Shown here: one piece after another, positions 41,677-49,222 of the stretch | Numbering within the stretch: position 1 is the stretch's first letter | Layout of the letters: each line of letters begins with the position of its first letter | Assembly: GCA_001828605.1 (NCBI GenBank) | Contig: MHZB01000009.1 | Coordinates: 1-49,613, forward strand | Direction: 5' to 3' | Length of the DNA stretch: 49,613 nt | Source: Planctomycetes bacterium RIFCSPLOWO2_12_FULL_50_35 | GTDB lineage: Bacteria > Planctomycetota > Brocadiia > Brocadiales > Bathyanammoxibiaceae | Program-made: the position numbers and the translations under genes | The notes under the pieces: model-generated | The model's input: only the letters and a program-made list of their open reading frames with translations | What the model was told of the DNA's origin: nothing | Database searches by the model: none

Positions 41677-41811
41677 AAAACACACCTTTGCAAAACTCTA
41701 TTTTCCCGTACTGCAAAAACTCTGGACGAAGACCTGCACGCGGAAGGGTAAAAGTTTCGAGGCTTCAGAGCAGCAGCAACCTTTATACAAGCTACTACGC
41801 GAAAAACCTCT

Positions 41812-42264
41812 TCACAGAAATCCTATGAACCTCATTATCCTTGTTATCGCCCAGTCTACCCCAAAGATGTACGCGCCCAGGGCAATAAGCAAAATTATGA
41901 CTACACCGGTGGAACCGACAAGCTCATCTCTAGTGGGCCAGGAGACCTTTTGGAGCTCTCCCTGGGTGTCTATGAGGAACTCAACCGCCTTCTTGCTGTT
42001 TGCATCCAGTCTGGCCAGCCCTGTCTCAAATCCGGTAGTGTGCACACCGATGAGGACGGCACAAACAAGAAAAAACATAACGGCAGACACCAAACCCCAG
42101 GTCAGCTTCGTTCCCACGAGGGGTATCTCCGCCCCTGGGTACACCTGCGGAAGCTCTATAAACGTCCCGTAAATGGCATACGCGGCAAAAAGTGCGAAGA
42201 CACCAAGTGCGGCAGCCAGAAACACCCTGGCATGAACCCCTTGATTCTTTTTGTATGCCTCCAT
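41812..42264 (-). CDS. secE: Preprotein translocase SecE (long, about 3 TM form)
   Basis: EL.KVSWPTR.EL followed by a TM helix; position between tRNA-Trp and nusG. Confidence 0.92.
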   Translation of the reverse strand: MEAYKKNQGVHARVFLAAALGVFALFAAYAIYGTFIELPQVYPGAEIPLVGTKLTWGLVSAVMFFLVCAVLIGVHTTGFETGLARLDANSKKAVEFLIDTQGELQKVSWPTRDELVGSTGVVIILLIALGAYIFGVDWAITRIMRFIGFL

Positions 42265-42293
42265 AGGCCCCTACTTCTTATTCTTCTACAAGA

Positions 42294-42370
42294 TGGCAGG
42301 TCCGGAGGGACTCGAACCCCCAACAGCCGGATTTGGAGTCCGGTGCTCTACCAATTAGAGCTACGGACCT
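42294..42370 (-). tRNA. tRNA-Trp (CCA)
   Basis: AGGTCCG acceptor stem, anticodon arm CCGGA-CTCCAAA-TCCGG, GGTTCGAGTCC T-arm, encoded CCA. Confidence 0.97.
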
Positions 42371-42387
42371 ATACATTCCATGATATA

Positions 42388-42537
42388 TTATTTCTTCTGT
42401 TCCTTGTGTTCCGTATGCTTGCGGCAGAAGCGGCAATACTTTTTAATCTCTAGACGGTCAGGTGCCCTCGCCTTCTTAGAGGTGCGGTAATTTCTGCCGG
42501 AACATTCTGAACACACCAGGGTGATGCTTTCACGCAT
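42388..42537 (-). CDS. rpmG: 50S ribosomal protein L33 (C+ form, below the ORF-track size cutoff)
   Basis: Hand translation [49 protein letters not shown]. Confidence 0.95.
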   Translation of the reverse strand: MRESITLVCSECSGRNYRTSKKARAPDRLEIKKYCRFCRKHTEHKEQKK

Positions 42538-42547
42538 GGCAGAAAAC

Positions 42548-43750
42548 CTATTGCAACACTTTCGTAACTACGCCGGCGCCTACCGTTTTACCACCCTCAC
42601 GGATAGCGAACCTAAGATTCTCCTCCATCGCAATGGGGGTAATCAGCTCTATTGTCAGCCGTACGTTATCCCCCGGCATGACCATGTCCGTACCCTTCGG
42701 CAGTGTGGCAACCCCCGTAACGTCGGTTGTCCTGAAGTAAAACTGGGGCCTGTAGCCATTGAAAAATGGGGTGTGTCTGCCGCCTTCTTCCTTGGTGAGG
42801 ATATACACTTCGCCTTCAAATTTGGTGTGGGGAGTTATGCTGCCCGGCTTAGCCAACACCTGTCCCCTCTCAAGGTCCTCTTTTTCTATGCCCCTCAGGA
42901 GAATGCCCACATTATCCCCCGCCTGTCCCTCCTCCAGGGTCTTGTTGAACATCTCGACACCAGTGACTACCGTCTTTTTAGTCTGAGGGGACAATCCTAC
43001 CACCTCTATTTCCTCACCCACCTTAACCTTGCCGCGATCTATCCTGCCGGTACCCACCGTACCACGGCCCTTTATGCTGAAAACGTCTTCTATAGACATA
43101 AGGAAAGGTTTCTCTATACTCCTTACAGGCTCCGGGATGCAGGTGTCCACTGCATCCATAAGTTGGTGGATAGGTCCGCACTTGGGACATTCCCTCTTTG
43201 CACATCCACAGTTAGAGGCCTCCAGCGCAGAACCCTTTATTATCGGAATCTTGTCTCCCGGAAACTTGTACTGATTCAGAAGCTCCCGCACCTCTACCTC
43301 TACAAGGTCCTGCAGTTCCTTGTCATCCAGGGCGTCAATCTTGTTCATAAACACCACAATTGCAGGCACGCCTACCTGTCTTGCCAGCAGTATGTGCTCG
43401 CGCGTCTGGGGCATAGGACCGTCGGGCGCACTCACCACCAAAATAGCGCCGTCCATCTGGGCGGCTCCCGTTATCATATTCTTGACGTAATCTGCGTGGC
43501 CGGGGCAGTCGACGTGGGCATAATGCCTCTTTGCAGTCTCATACTCCACGTGAGATATCGCTATGGTGATACCCCTTTCTTTCTCCTCAGGGGCCTTGTC
43601 AATAGTATCAAACGGCCTTTCCTTAGCCAGACCCAACTTGGCCAGTATATGGGTTATTACGGAGGTCAGGGTAGTTTTACCATGGTCCACGTGACCGATG
43701 GTACCGACGTTAATATGGGGTTTTGTCCTCTTAAATACTTCTTTTGCCAT
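42548..43750 (-). CDS. tuf: Elongation factor Tu
   Basis: [43 protein letters not shown]. Confidence 0.99.
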   Translation of the reverse strand: MAKEVFKRTKPHINVGTIGHVDHGKTTLTSVITHILAKLGLAKERPFDTIDKAPEEKERGITIAISHVEYETAKRHYAHVDCPGHADYVKNMITGAAQMDGAILVVSAPDGPMPQTREHILLARQVGVPAIVVFMNKIDALDDKELQDLVEVEVRELLNQYKFPGDKIPIIKGSALEASNCGCAKRECPKCGPIHQLMDAVDTCIPEPVRSIEKPFLMSIEDVFSIKGRGTVGTGRIDRGKVKVGEEIEVVGLSPQTKKTVVTGVEMFNKTLEEGQAGDNVGILLRGIEKEDLERGQVLAKPGSITPHTKFEGEVYILTKEEGGRHTPFFNGYRPQFYFRTTDVTGVATLPKGTDMVMPGDNVRLTIELITPIAMEENLRFAIREGGKTVGAGVVTKVLQ

Positions 43751-43802
43751 AGCTTACACTCTCCTTCGATCTAATAACCTCCAACCTGTTGGAGGAAAGT
43801 AG

Positions 43803-43877
43803 TGGAGCTGCTGATGGGATTTGAACCCATGACCTCGTCCTTACCAAGGACGTGCTCTACCCCTGAGCCACAGCAGC
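43803..43877 (-). tRNA. tRNA-Thr (GGT)
   Basis: GCTGCTG acceptor stem, anticodon loop TTGGTAA, GGTTCAAATCC, encoded CCA. Confidence 0.96.
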
Positions 43878-43949
43878 ATAGTTGGAACAAGTAATTATAT
43901 CAACTACTTTCAAAATGTACAGTAGTTATTTAAAAAAATTTAAAGAAAT

Positions 43950-44020
43950 AGCGGGCGATGGGAATCGAACCCACATAACTAGCTTGGAAGGCTAGAGCTC
44001 TACCATTGAGCTACGCCCGC
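43950..44020 (-). tRNA. tRNA-Gly (TCC), CCA not encoded
   Basis: GCGGGCG acceptor stem, CTAGC-CTTCCAA-GCTAG anticodon arm, GGTTCGATTCC. Confidence 0.95.
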
Positions 44021-44023
44021 ACA

Positions 44024-44108
44024 TGGTGGGGAGAGGAGGATTCGAACCTCCGAAGGCTACGCCAACAGATTTACAGTCTGTCCCCTTTGGCCACTCGGGA
44101 ATCTCCCC
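44024..44108 (-). tRNA. tRNA-Tyr (GTA)
   Basis: GGGGAGA acceptor stem, ACAGA-CTGTAAA-TCTGT, long variable arm, encoded CCA. Confidence 0.97.
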
Positions 44109-44226
44109 TATGACGTATGACGTAAGCCGTTTAAAACCAACACACTGGCACAGGCAGCCTATACTCTCATAGGCTGTAAACCAAGGTGTGGAACAAAAGC
44201 TTTTCAACCCACCGTATACAACAAAA

Positions 44227-44301
44227 TGGAGCTAGCGGCGGGATTTGAACCCACAACCTGCTGATTACAAGTCAGCTGCTCTGCCATTGAGCTACGCTAG
44301 C
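44227..44301 (-). tRNA. tRNA-Thr (TGT)
   Basis: GCTAGCG acceptor stem, GCTGA-CTTGTAA-TCAGC, GGTTCAAATCC, encoded CCA. Confidence 0.96.
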
Positions 44302-44315
44302 GCTTAAAACCCATA

Positions 44316-44343
44316 ATTATATTAATCATAACAACATTTGCAA
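44316..44343 (-). promoter_or_regulatory. sigma70 promoter of the tRNA-tuf-ribosomal cluster
   Basis: Minus strand TTGCAA-N16-TATAAT, ending 14 nt upstream of the first tRNA. Confidence 0.75.
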
Positions 44344-44421
44344 GGGGGAAAAATTCATTTTATCCGTTGGATAATTTGTGGTATATTACTTCGCCGGAAT
44401 ACGACTTAAACGGAGTGTTTA

Positions 44422-45303
44422 ATGCATTTTACCCTAACCCTGGTCATAATCATTTTCGGTCATACGGCCCTCGCTTCCACAGAGGTCTTTTTCTCTCCGG
44501 CGGACAGCACCAAAAAACGCCTCGTAACCGCCATACATGCGGCCGAGAATTCACTGGATATAGCCACATTCCAGTTCACGTCCGTAGATGTCGCCGAGGC
44601 GCTCGTGGAGGCCAAGAACCGGGGCACTCGCATTCGAATCCTGGCGGACGAAAATGAATCTCAAAACGGGCAATCAGTCATCCCATTCTTACAAGGAGAG
44701 GGGCTAGATGTAAAATACATAAAGGGCCGTTTCGGCGGCGGCATGCATCACAGTTTTGTAATCGCCGACTCGAAGGCCGTATTTACCGGCTCTTACAATC
44801 TGACGGAATATTCCGATAAATTCAACTTTGAGAACGCCATCTTCACCGACGAACCTCGACTCGTAACCAAGTATCAGACTCAGTTCGATAAACTGTACGG
44901 AGAGCTCCTGGCGAAAATCCCTTCCCCGACAACTGAAACCGCCGTCACAGAAAAGGAACCAAAACATTTTATCGGACTGTCTATCTCCCATCTCGGGAAA
45001 ATCTTGGGAGAAGATTCAATGCTGTCCGATTCCGACAAGAAGATGATGTGGGGTGCTTGCAGGAACCAATACGTCCGCGGGAAGGGTGAAATCGTTTCCA
45101 GTTCTGTTGACCCGCAGACGGGTCCAATGGTAGTCATAAGAGATGAGGGAGGAGTGCAGATAGAGATACTTTTAGATGCAGACGAGTCTGATAAAATCTC
45201 CAAGACATCGGGCGGCGAAGTGGTAAATTATACAGGCAGATTACTGGCTCATCCTGAAACTGCACACAGTTCCTTTAAGCTAGACAGAGGCGGCCTTAAC
45301 TAA
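44422..45303 (+). CDS. Secreted phospholipase D/Nuc-fold protein with degenerate HKD motif and OB-like C-terminal domain
   Basis: Signal peptide, EVFFSP, LDIA.F.FT, RG..IRIL.D, MHHSFVIAD..VFTGSYN, N.EN. Confidence 0.82.
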   Translation: MHFTLTLVIIIFGHTALASTEVFFSPADSTKKRLVTAIHAAENSLDIATFQFTSVDVAEALVEAKNRGTRIRILADENESQNGQSVIPFLQGEGLDVKYIKGRFGGGMHHSFVIADSKAVFTGSYNLTEYSDKFNFENAIFTDEPRLVTKYQTQFDKLYGELLAKIPSPTTETAVTEKEPKHFIGLSISHLGKILGEDSMLSDSDKKMMWGACRNQYVRGKGEIVSSSVDPQTGPMVVIRDEGGVQIEILLDADESDKISKTSGGEVVNYTGRLLAHPETAHSSFKLDRGGLN

Positions 45304-45316
45304 GGGAGGAAAAGGC

Positions 45317-47329
45317 ATGTCCAGAAAGAATCCCACTTCTCCATTATTGATACCTCTGAAAAACACCAAAAAAACGTATAATAATGAAACAACCTGTTAT
45401 TGCGAGTCCGCCTCAGGCGGAGAAGCAATCTCGTGTTGTTTGTTGGAAATTACTTATGGGATTGCTTCGTCGCTTTCACTCCTCGCAATGACGGTCTATT
45501 TTGCATCTTTCAGGGGTCTCTTATTATTTCTAACACTCTTTACTCTTTTCTGGCTGACCCCGCTGTCAGCACAAACAGGCAAGACCTCAGCCCAGGAAGA
45601 TTTTGTGCATCTTCTAGCACATGCCGTTGAATCTATAAAACAAGGTAAGTACGATAACGCACTTGTCGCCTTTGACAAGGCCCTGGAGATCAAACCCGAT
45701 GATTACAAGGCATGGGCACATAAGGCCCAGCTGCTCGACCAAATAGGGCGATACAAAGAGGCCGTAGAGGCATATGACAAGGCCACGAGCTTGAACCCCC
45801 TCTTCTACGAGGCGTGGATAAATAAGGGCCTGGCGCTGGTGCGGGTCCAGGAAAACCATGAAGAACAGGTAGAGGCGGCAATCAGTGCCTACGACAAGGC
45901 GATAGAGATTAGACCCCGCTCTTATCAGGCGTATCTCAACAAGGGCAATGCCCTCACCAGGCTGCGAAAATATGAAGAGGCGCTCAAGACATACGATAAG
46001 GCCATCGAGATAGACCCAAACCACCATGCGGCCTACACGGATAAGGGGCTTCTATTGGGCGACATGGGGAGAAATCAAGAGGCGATAGACACACTTGAAA
46101 GGGCTATCTGGATCAACCCCAAGTCATACTTCACCTGGACAAACATTGGGATGGCGTTGTTCCGAATGGGCCGGTACGAAGAGGCCGTCAAGACCTTTAC
46201 AACCGCCTCGGAAATAAACCCCAAGGACTACGGCCCGCTGACCAACAAGGGTCTGGCACTGGTGCGGCTCGGTCGTTACGAGGAGGCACTAAAGGCATAC
46301 GACAAGGCCCTTGAACTGCTGCCGACGTCGTACGAGACCTGGTACAATAAGGGTTTCCTTGCAATTGAACTGAACAAGTATGAAGAAGCCAACAGTGCCT
46401 TTGACAAGGCAGTGGAGATTCGCCCCGACTACCTGAAGGCATGGGTAAGTAAGGGCGACGTACTGTCTAGAATGAGCAGGGAAAAGGAGGCCAGAAATGC
46501 CTATGAAAAGGCCGCGGAGATTACACCGGATACGCCCGAGGCCTGGGTAAGCCAGGGTGACGCCCTATCACATATAGACAGACACGAAGATGCCCTGAAG
46601 GCCTTCAACAAGGCCGCCGCCATGGCACCCAACATATACGAGGCCTGGCTCGGCAAGGCAAATGAATTAATAAAACTCAACAGGTATCAGGAATCCCTCA
46701 GCGCCCTTAACCAGGCCGCCCAGCTCAGGCCAAATACATACGAGGTCTGGTACAACACCGGCACTGTGTGCATGCGCATTACAAAATATAATGATGCACT
46801 CAAGGCATTTGACAGGGCCTTACAGATAAACCCCGCTTCACAAGAAGCATGGTATAACAAGGCGCTGATACTCGGCGAGACCTTGGGCCAACCGGCAGAC
46901 GCACTACTCGCCATTCAAAAGGCCACTTCCCTCGAGACCCAGTCAGCTCGGGCCTGGGACTACCAGGGTATCATACTCAGCGACCTGAAACGCTATGACC
47001 ATGCCCTGCAGGCATTCCAGAAGGTCATTGAGATTAACCCAAACTTTTTCCCAGCCTGGCACAATATGGGCATGGCACTCGACTCTATGGGGAAAACGGC
47101 AGAGGCAATTGATGCGTACAAGAAATCCCTGCATATAAACCCAAGTTTCGACATCGCCTGGTACAACATGGCATCCGCCCAGGCGGCGCTTAAGGATAAG
47201 GATGGCGCACTCGATTCCTTAAGACATGCAATAGACCTGAACCCGCAGATGCGGGACTGGGCAAAGACCAATCCTGACTTCGCACCGTTCCTCAACGACC
47301 CGGACTTTGCAAGAATCCTGGGGCGGTGA
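45317..47329 (+). CDS. Secreted tetratricopeptide repeat protein (N-terminus expanded by an in-frame MITE)
   Basis: Roughly 16 TPR units of pattern AW.NKG..L....RYEEAL.AYDKA.E..P; strong SD AAGGGAGG before ATG 45317. Confidence 0.92.
   Translation: MSRKNPTSPLLIPLKNTKKTYNNETTCYCESASGGEAISCCLLEITYGIASSLSLLAMTVYFASFRGLLLFLTLFTLFWLTPLSAQTGKTSAQEDFVHLLAHAVESIKQGKYDNALVAFDKALEIKPDDYKAWAHKAQLLDQIGRYKEAVEAYDKATSLNPLFYEAWINKGLALVRVQENHEEQVEAAISAYDKAIEIRPRSYQAYLNKGNALTRLRKYEEALKTYDKAIEIDPNHHAAYTDKGLLLGDMGRNQEAIDTLERAIWINPKSYFTWTNIGMALFRMGRYEEAVKTFTTASEINPKDYGPLTNKGLALVRLGRYEEALKAYDKALELLPTSYETWYNKGFLAIELNKYEEANSAFDKAVEIRPDYLKAWVSKGDVLSRMSREKEARNAYEKAAEITPDTPEAWVSQGDALSHIDRHEDALKAFNKAAAMAPNIYEAWLGKANELIKLNRYQESLSALNQAAQLRPNTYEVWYNTGTVCMRITKYNDALKAFDRALQINPASQEAWYNKALILGETLGQPADALLAIQKATSLETQSARAWDYQGIILSDLKRYDHALQAFQKVIEINPNFFPAWHNMGMALDSMGKTAEAIDAYKKSLHINPSFDIAWYNMASAQAALKDKDGALDSLRHAIDLNPQMRDWAKTNPDFAPFLNDPDFARILGR
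45349..45520. mobile_element. 172-bp non-autonomous MITE inserted in frame in the TPR gene signal-peptide region
   Basis: TIR GATACCTCTGAAA versus GAGACCCCTGAAA (reverse complement of the right end, 11/13), TTATT direct repeats on both sides, internal GTTATTGCGAG..CTCGCAATGAC palindrome. Confidence 0.8.
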
Positions 47330-47337
47330 CACTTAGA

Positions 47338-47700
47338 AAGTTCTGAAAAAGCCTCTTAAAGTAAGTTGTCATTCTGAGCGAAGTGTGTAGCGTGGCAGTT
47401 TACTGCCACGTTGGACGTTGGAGCAAGCTCCAACGCTACATTCTTTCCGCCCAAGGTGGATGCGCCTCTGGCACAAATCCTGATGGTAGACAACGAAGTT
47501 TTACTTCGTTGAACACATCAACGACCATAAAGGTCGTTGTCTACCAGAGACGGCATTTTGTGTCGTAGGGACAGCCCTTGTAGCTGTCCGCGGACAGGGA
47601 TAAACCCTGTCCCTACATCAAAATTACAATAAACAGGTGTGATAAATCGCACCCCTACAATCGAAATGTAATAGACGAAATACAAAGTTTTTCAGCTCTT
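47338..47700. repeat. Composite repeat element: TIR-like ends enclosing a GTCATT arm, three GTAG REP doublets and a TCCGCC mini-palindrome
   Basis: Ends AAGTTCTGAAAAAG / GTTTTTCAGCTCTT; TGTCATTCTGAGC at 47367; doublets at 47386-47440, 47484-47546 and 47565-47616; single REP near 47636-47658. Confidence 0.78.
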
Positions 47701-47724
47701 AAACTGTATTTCTATAAAAAATCT

Positions 47725-48198
47725 GTGCGTACAACAGACATCAAATATATGCGTATGGCGGTGGAGAAGGCCAGGGAGGGTATGCTTAAGGGACAGACGC
47801 CTTTTGGGGCCATTATTGTCAAAAAGGGTCAGGTGCTTGTATGCGAACACAACACCGTCTGGAAGGACTGCGATATTACCGCCCATGCAGAGCTGAGAGC
47901 CGTCAGGAGGGCCTGCAGGAAATTGAACACTATAGACCTAACAGGTGCTACACTTTATTCCACTTGCGAGCCGTGTCCCATGTGCCTCGGGGCTATACAC
48001 TGGGCCGGGGTCTCAAGGGTGGTATTCGGCTGCCGGATAAGGGATGCAAAAAAGATGGGGTTCTCAGAGCTTACCGTTTCCGCCGCCAGACTGAAGTCCC
48101 TGGGAAACAGCCCTGTAAAGGTAACGGGTGGGGTACTCAGGGAAGAGTGCATTGATGTAATGAAGCTGTGGGAAAAACTCGGGGGCAGGCCTTATTAA
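47725..48198 (+). CDS. Nucleoside/guanine deaminase (CDA fold, GuaD-like)
   Basis: PFGAIIV, N.V....D.TAHAE, LYSTCEPCPMCLGAIHW. Confidence 0.88.
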   Translation: MRTTDIKYMRMAVEKAREGMLKGQTPFGAIIVKKGQVLVCEHNTVWKDCDITAHAELRAVRRACRKLNTIDLTGATLYSTCEPCPMCLGAIHWAGVSRVVFGCRIRDAKKMGFSELTVSAARLKSLGNSPVKVTGGVLREECIDVMKLWEKLGGRPY

Positions 48199-48275
48199 AG
48201 ATCGAGAATGTAACTGCTATCTGCCGCAGGCACAGCCTTGTATTTCAGGAAACTCATTGTAACCTCAATGCACCC

Positions 48276-48707
48276 CTAGGTAGGGCGCTCTTCTGCGCCT
48301 AATACTTCATTTATACGCGCCGTCAACTCCACCAACTCAATGGGTTTATTGATAACAAAGTCAACCCTCAAGTCTCCGTGTTTAAGTTTGTTCAGCGTCT
48401 CCCCCCAGGCGGTGATAATGCCCACCTTCGGCTTCTTATCCAACGTCTCTATCTCCCTTATTATATCCCAGCCGGATACCCCTGGCATGGCCAGGTCACA
48501 TAAGACAAGATCGAAGTCCTCACTCTTTAACATATGTATGGCCTCTGCACCGTTGTCAACAGTTCTGGCAACCTGACCTTCTCTGGAGAGAAATCTGTTC
48601 ATGAACCTACAAATAGCCTTCTCATCGTCCACAACCAGGATGCGAAGGCTCTTGGTTTTTATATATCGGGTAGGTCCGAGAGATACTACAGGACGCATTG
48701 TTTCCAT
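48276..48707 (-). CDS. Single-domain response regulator (receiver domain); start uncertain
   Basis: ILVVDDE, DLVLCDLAMP.VSG, ITAW, KP; ATG 48707 chosen because of its TAATG overlap with an upstream short ORF. Confidence 0.85.
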   Translation of the reverse strand: METMRPVVSLGPTRYIKTKSLRILVVDDEKAICRFMNRFLSREGQVARTVDNGAEAIHMLKSEDFDLVLCDLAMPGVSGWDIIREIETLDKKPKVGIITAWGETLNKLKHGDLRVDFVINKPIELVELTARINEVLGAEERPT

Positions 48708-48852
48708 TACCGTGTTTGGCCTCGGTGTAGGCATGCCGCTCTTTTCCATCCCGCTCTCCAAGTGCATCTTGCGCCTTGTGTTGAAATGACGCTGCAACCA
48801 AAACTCATAATCAATTAACCTTCTTCTCCTAAAGGACCGCTTCGATAACCAA

Positions 48853-48978
48853 TGTCATTCTGAGCAAAGCAATCTGATTTTTGTAGCGTCAGGTCTCCGT
48901 ACCTGACGTTTTTGAGTGCGTCCGATGCGGAGATCGGACGCTACATTCTTCGGTTGCTTCGCCCTTTCTATAGTGACA
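48853..48978. repeat. GTCATT-type palindrome with a nested GTAG REP doublet
   Basis: TGTCATTCTGAGC..AAGCAATC / GGTTGCTT..TGACA enclosing TGTAGCGTCAGG..CCTGACG and CGTCCGAT..ATCGGACGCTACA (48882-48945). Confidence 0.75.
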
Positions 48979-49103
48979 GCTATGAGAAGTTTTACAGAAA
49001 CCCCTAATTATGAAAAAATAAGATCCCTCTACAACCGTCTTACTTAAGAACAGATATGTAAGGGGCTCTCCTTTGGAATATGAGAAACGCGAACACCTTT
49101 TTG

Positions 49104-49195
49104 AATAAAACAGAAGTGGTAGGAGGCCAGCAGCCCCCGGCCTGGCCTGCCTACCCGTTGATGTACCCCCTATACCGACAAGGGTTAGGTGGGAT
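49104..49195 (-). ncRNA. Candidate small RNA ending in a GC-rich hairpin and U-rich tail
   Basis: Hairpin GGTAGGCAGGCCAG..CTGGCCTCCTACC (49155-49118) followed by ACTTCTGTTTTATT; lies directly downstream of a sigma54-like box. Confidence 0.3.
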
Positions 49196-49206
49196 AAATG
49201 AAGAAG

Positions 49207-49222
49207 ACAATTAGCGTGCCAA
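49207..49222 (-). promoter_or_regulatory. Putative sigma54 promoter
   Basis: Minus strand TTGGCACG-CTAA-TTGT: perfect -24 element, -12 reads TTGT rather than TTGC; AT-rich tract upstream. Confidence 0.5.

Noticed and set aside
42521-43774. 417-aa ORF antisense to tuf
   Set aside because: Common antisense open frame caused by codon bias of a highly expressed gene
44360-44374. TTATCC-GTT-GGATAA dyad resembling DnaA boxes
   Set aside because: Only 6 of 9 positions match TTATCCACA and there is no box cluster; could be an operator but this is unsupported
45600-47250. Periodic GACAAGGC-like repeats suggesting a CRISPR or tandem DNA array
   Set aside because: Explained by 34-aa TPR protein repeats; no identical direct repeats with unique spacers and no cas genes
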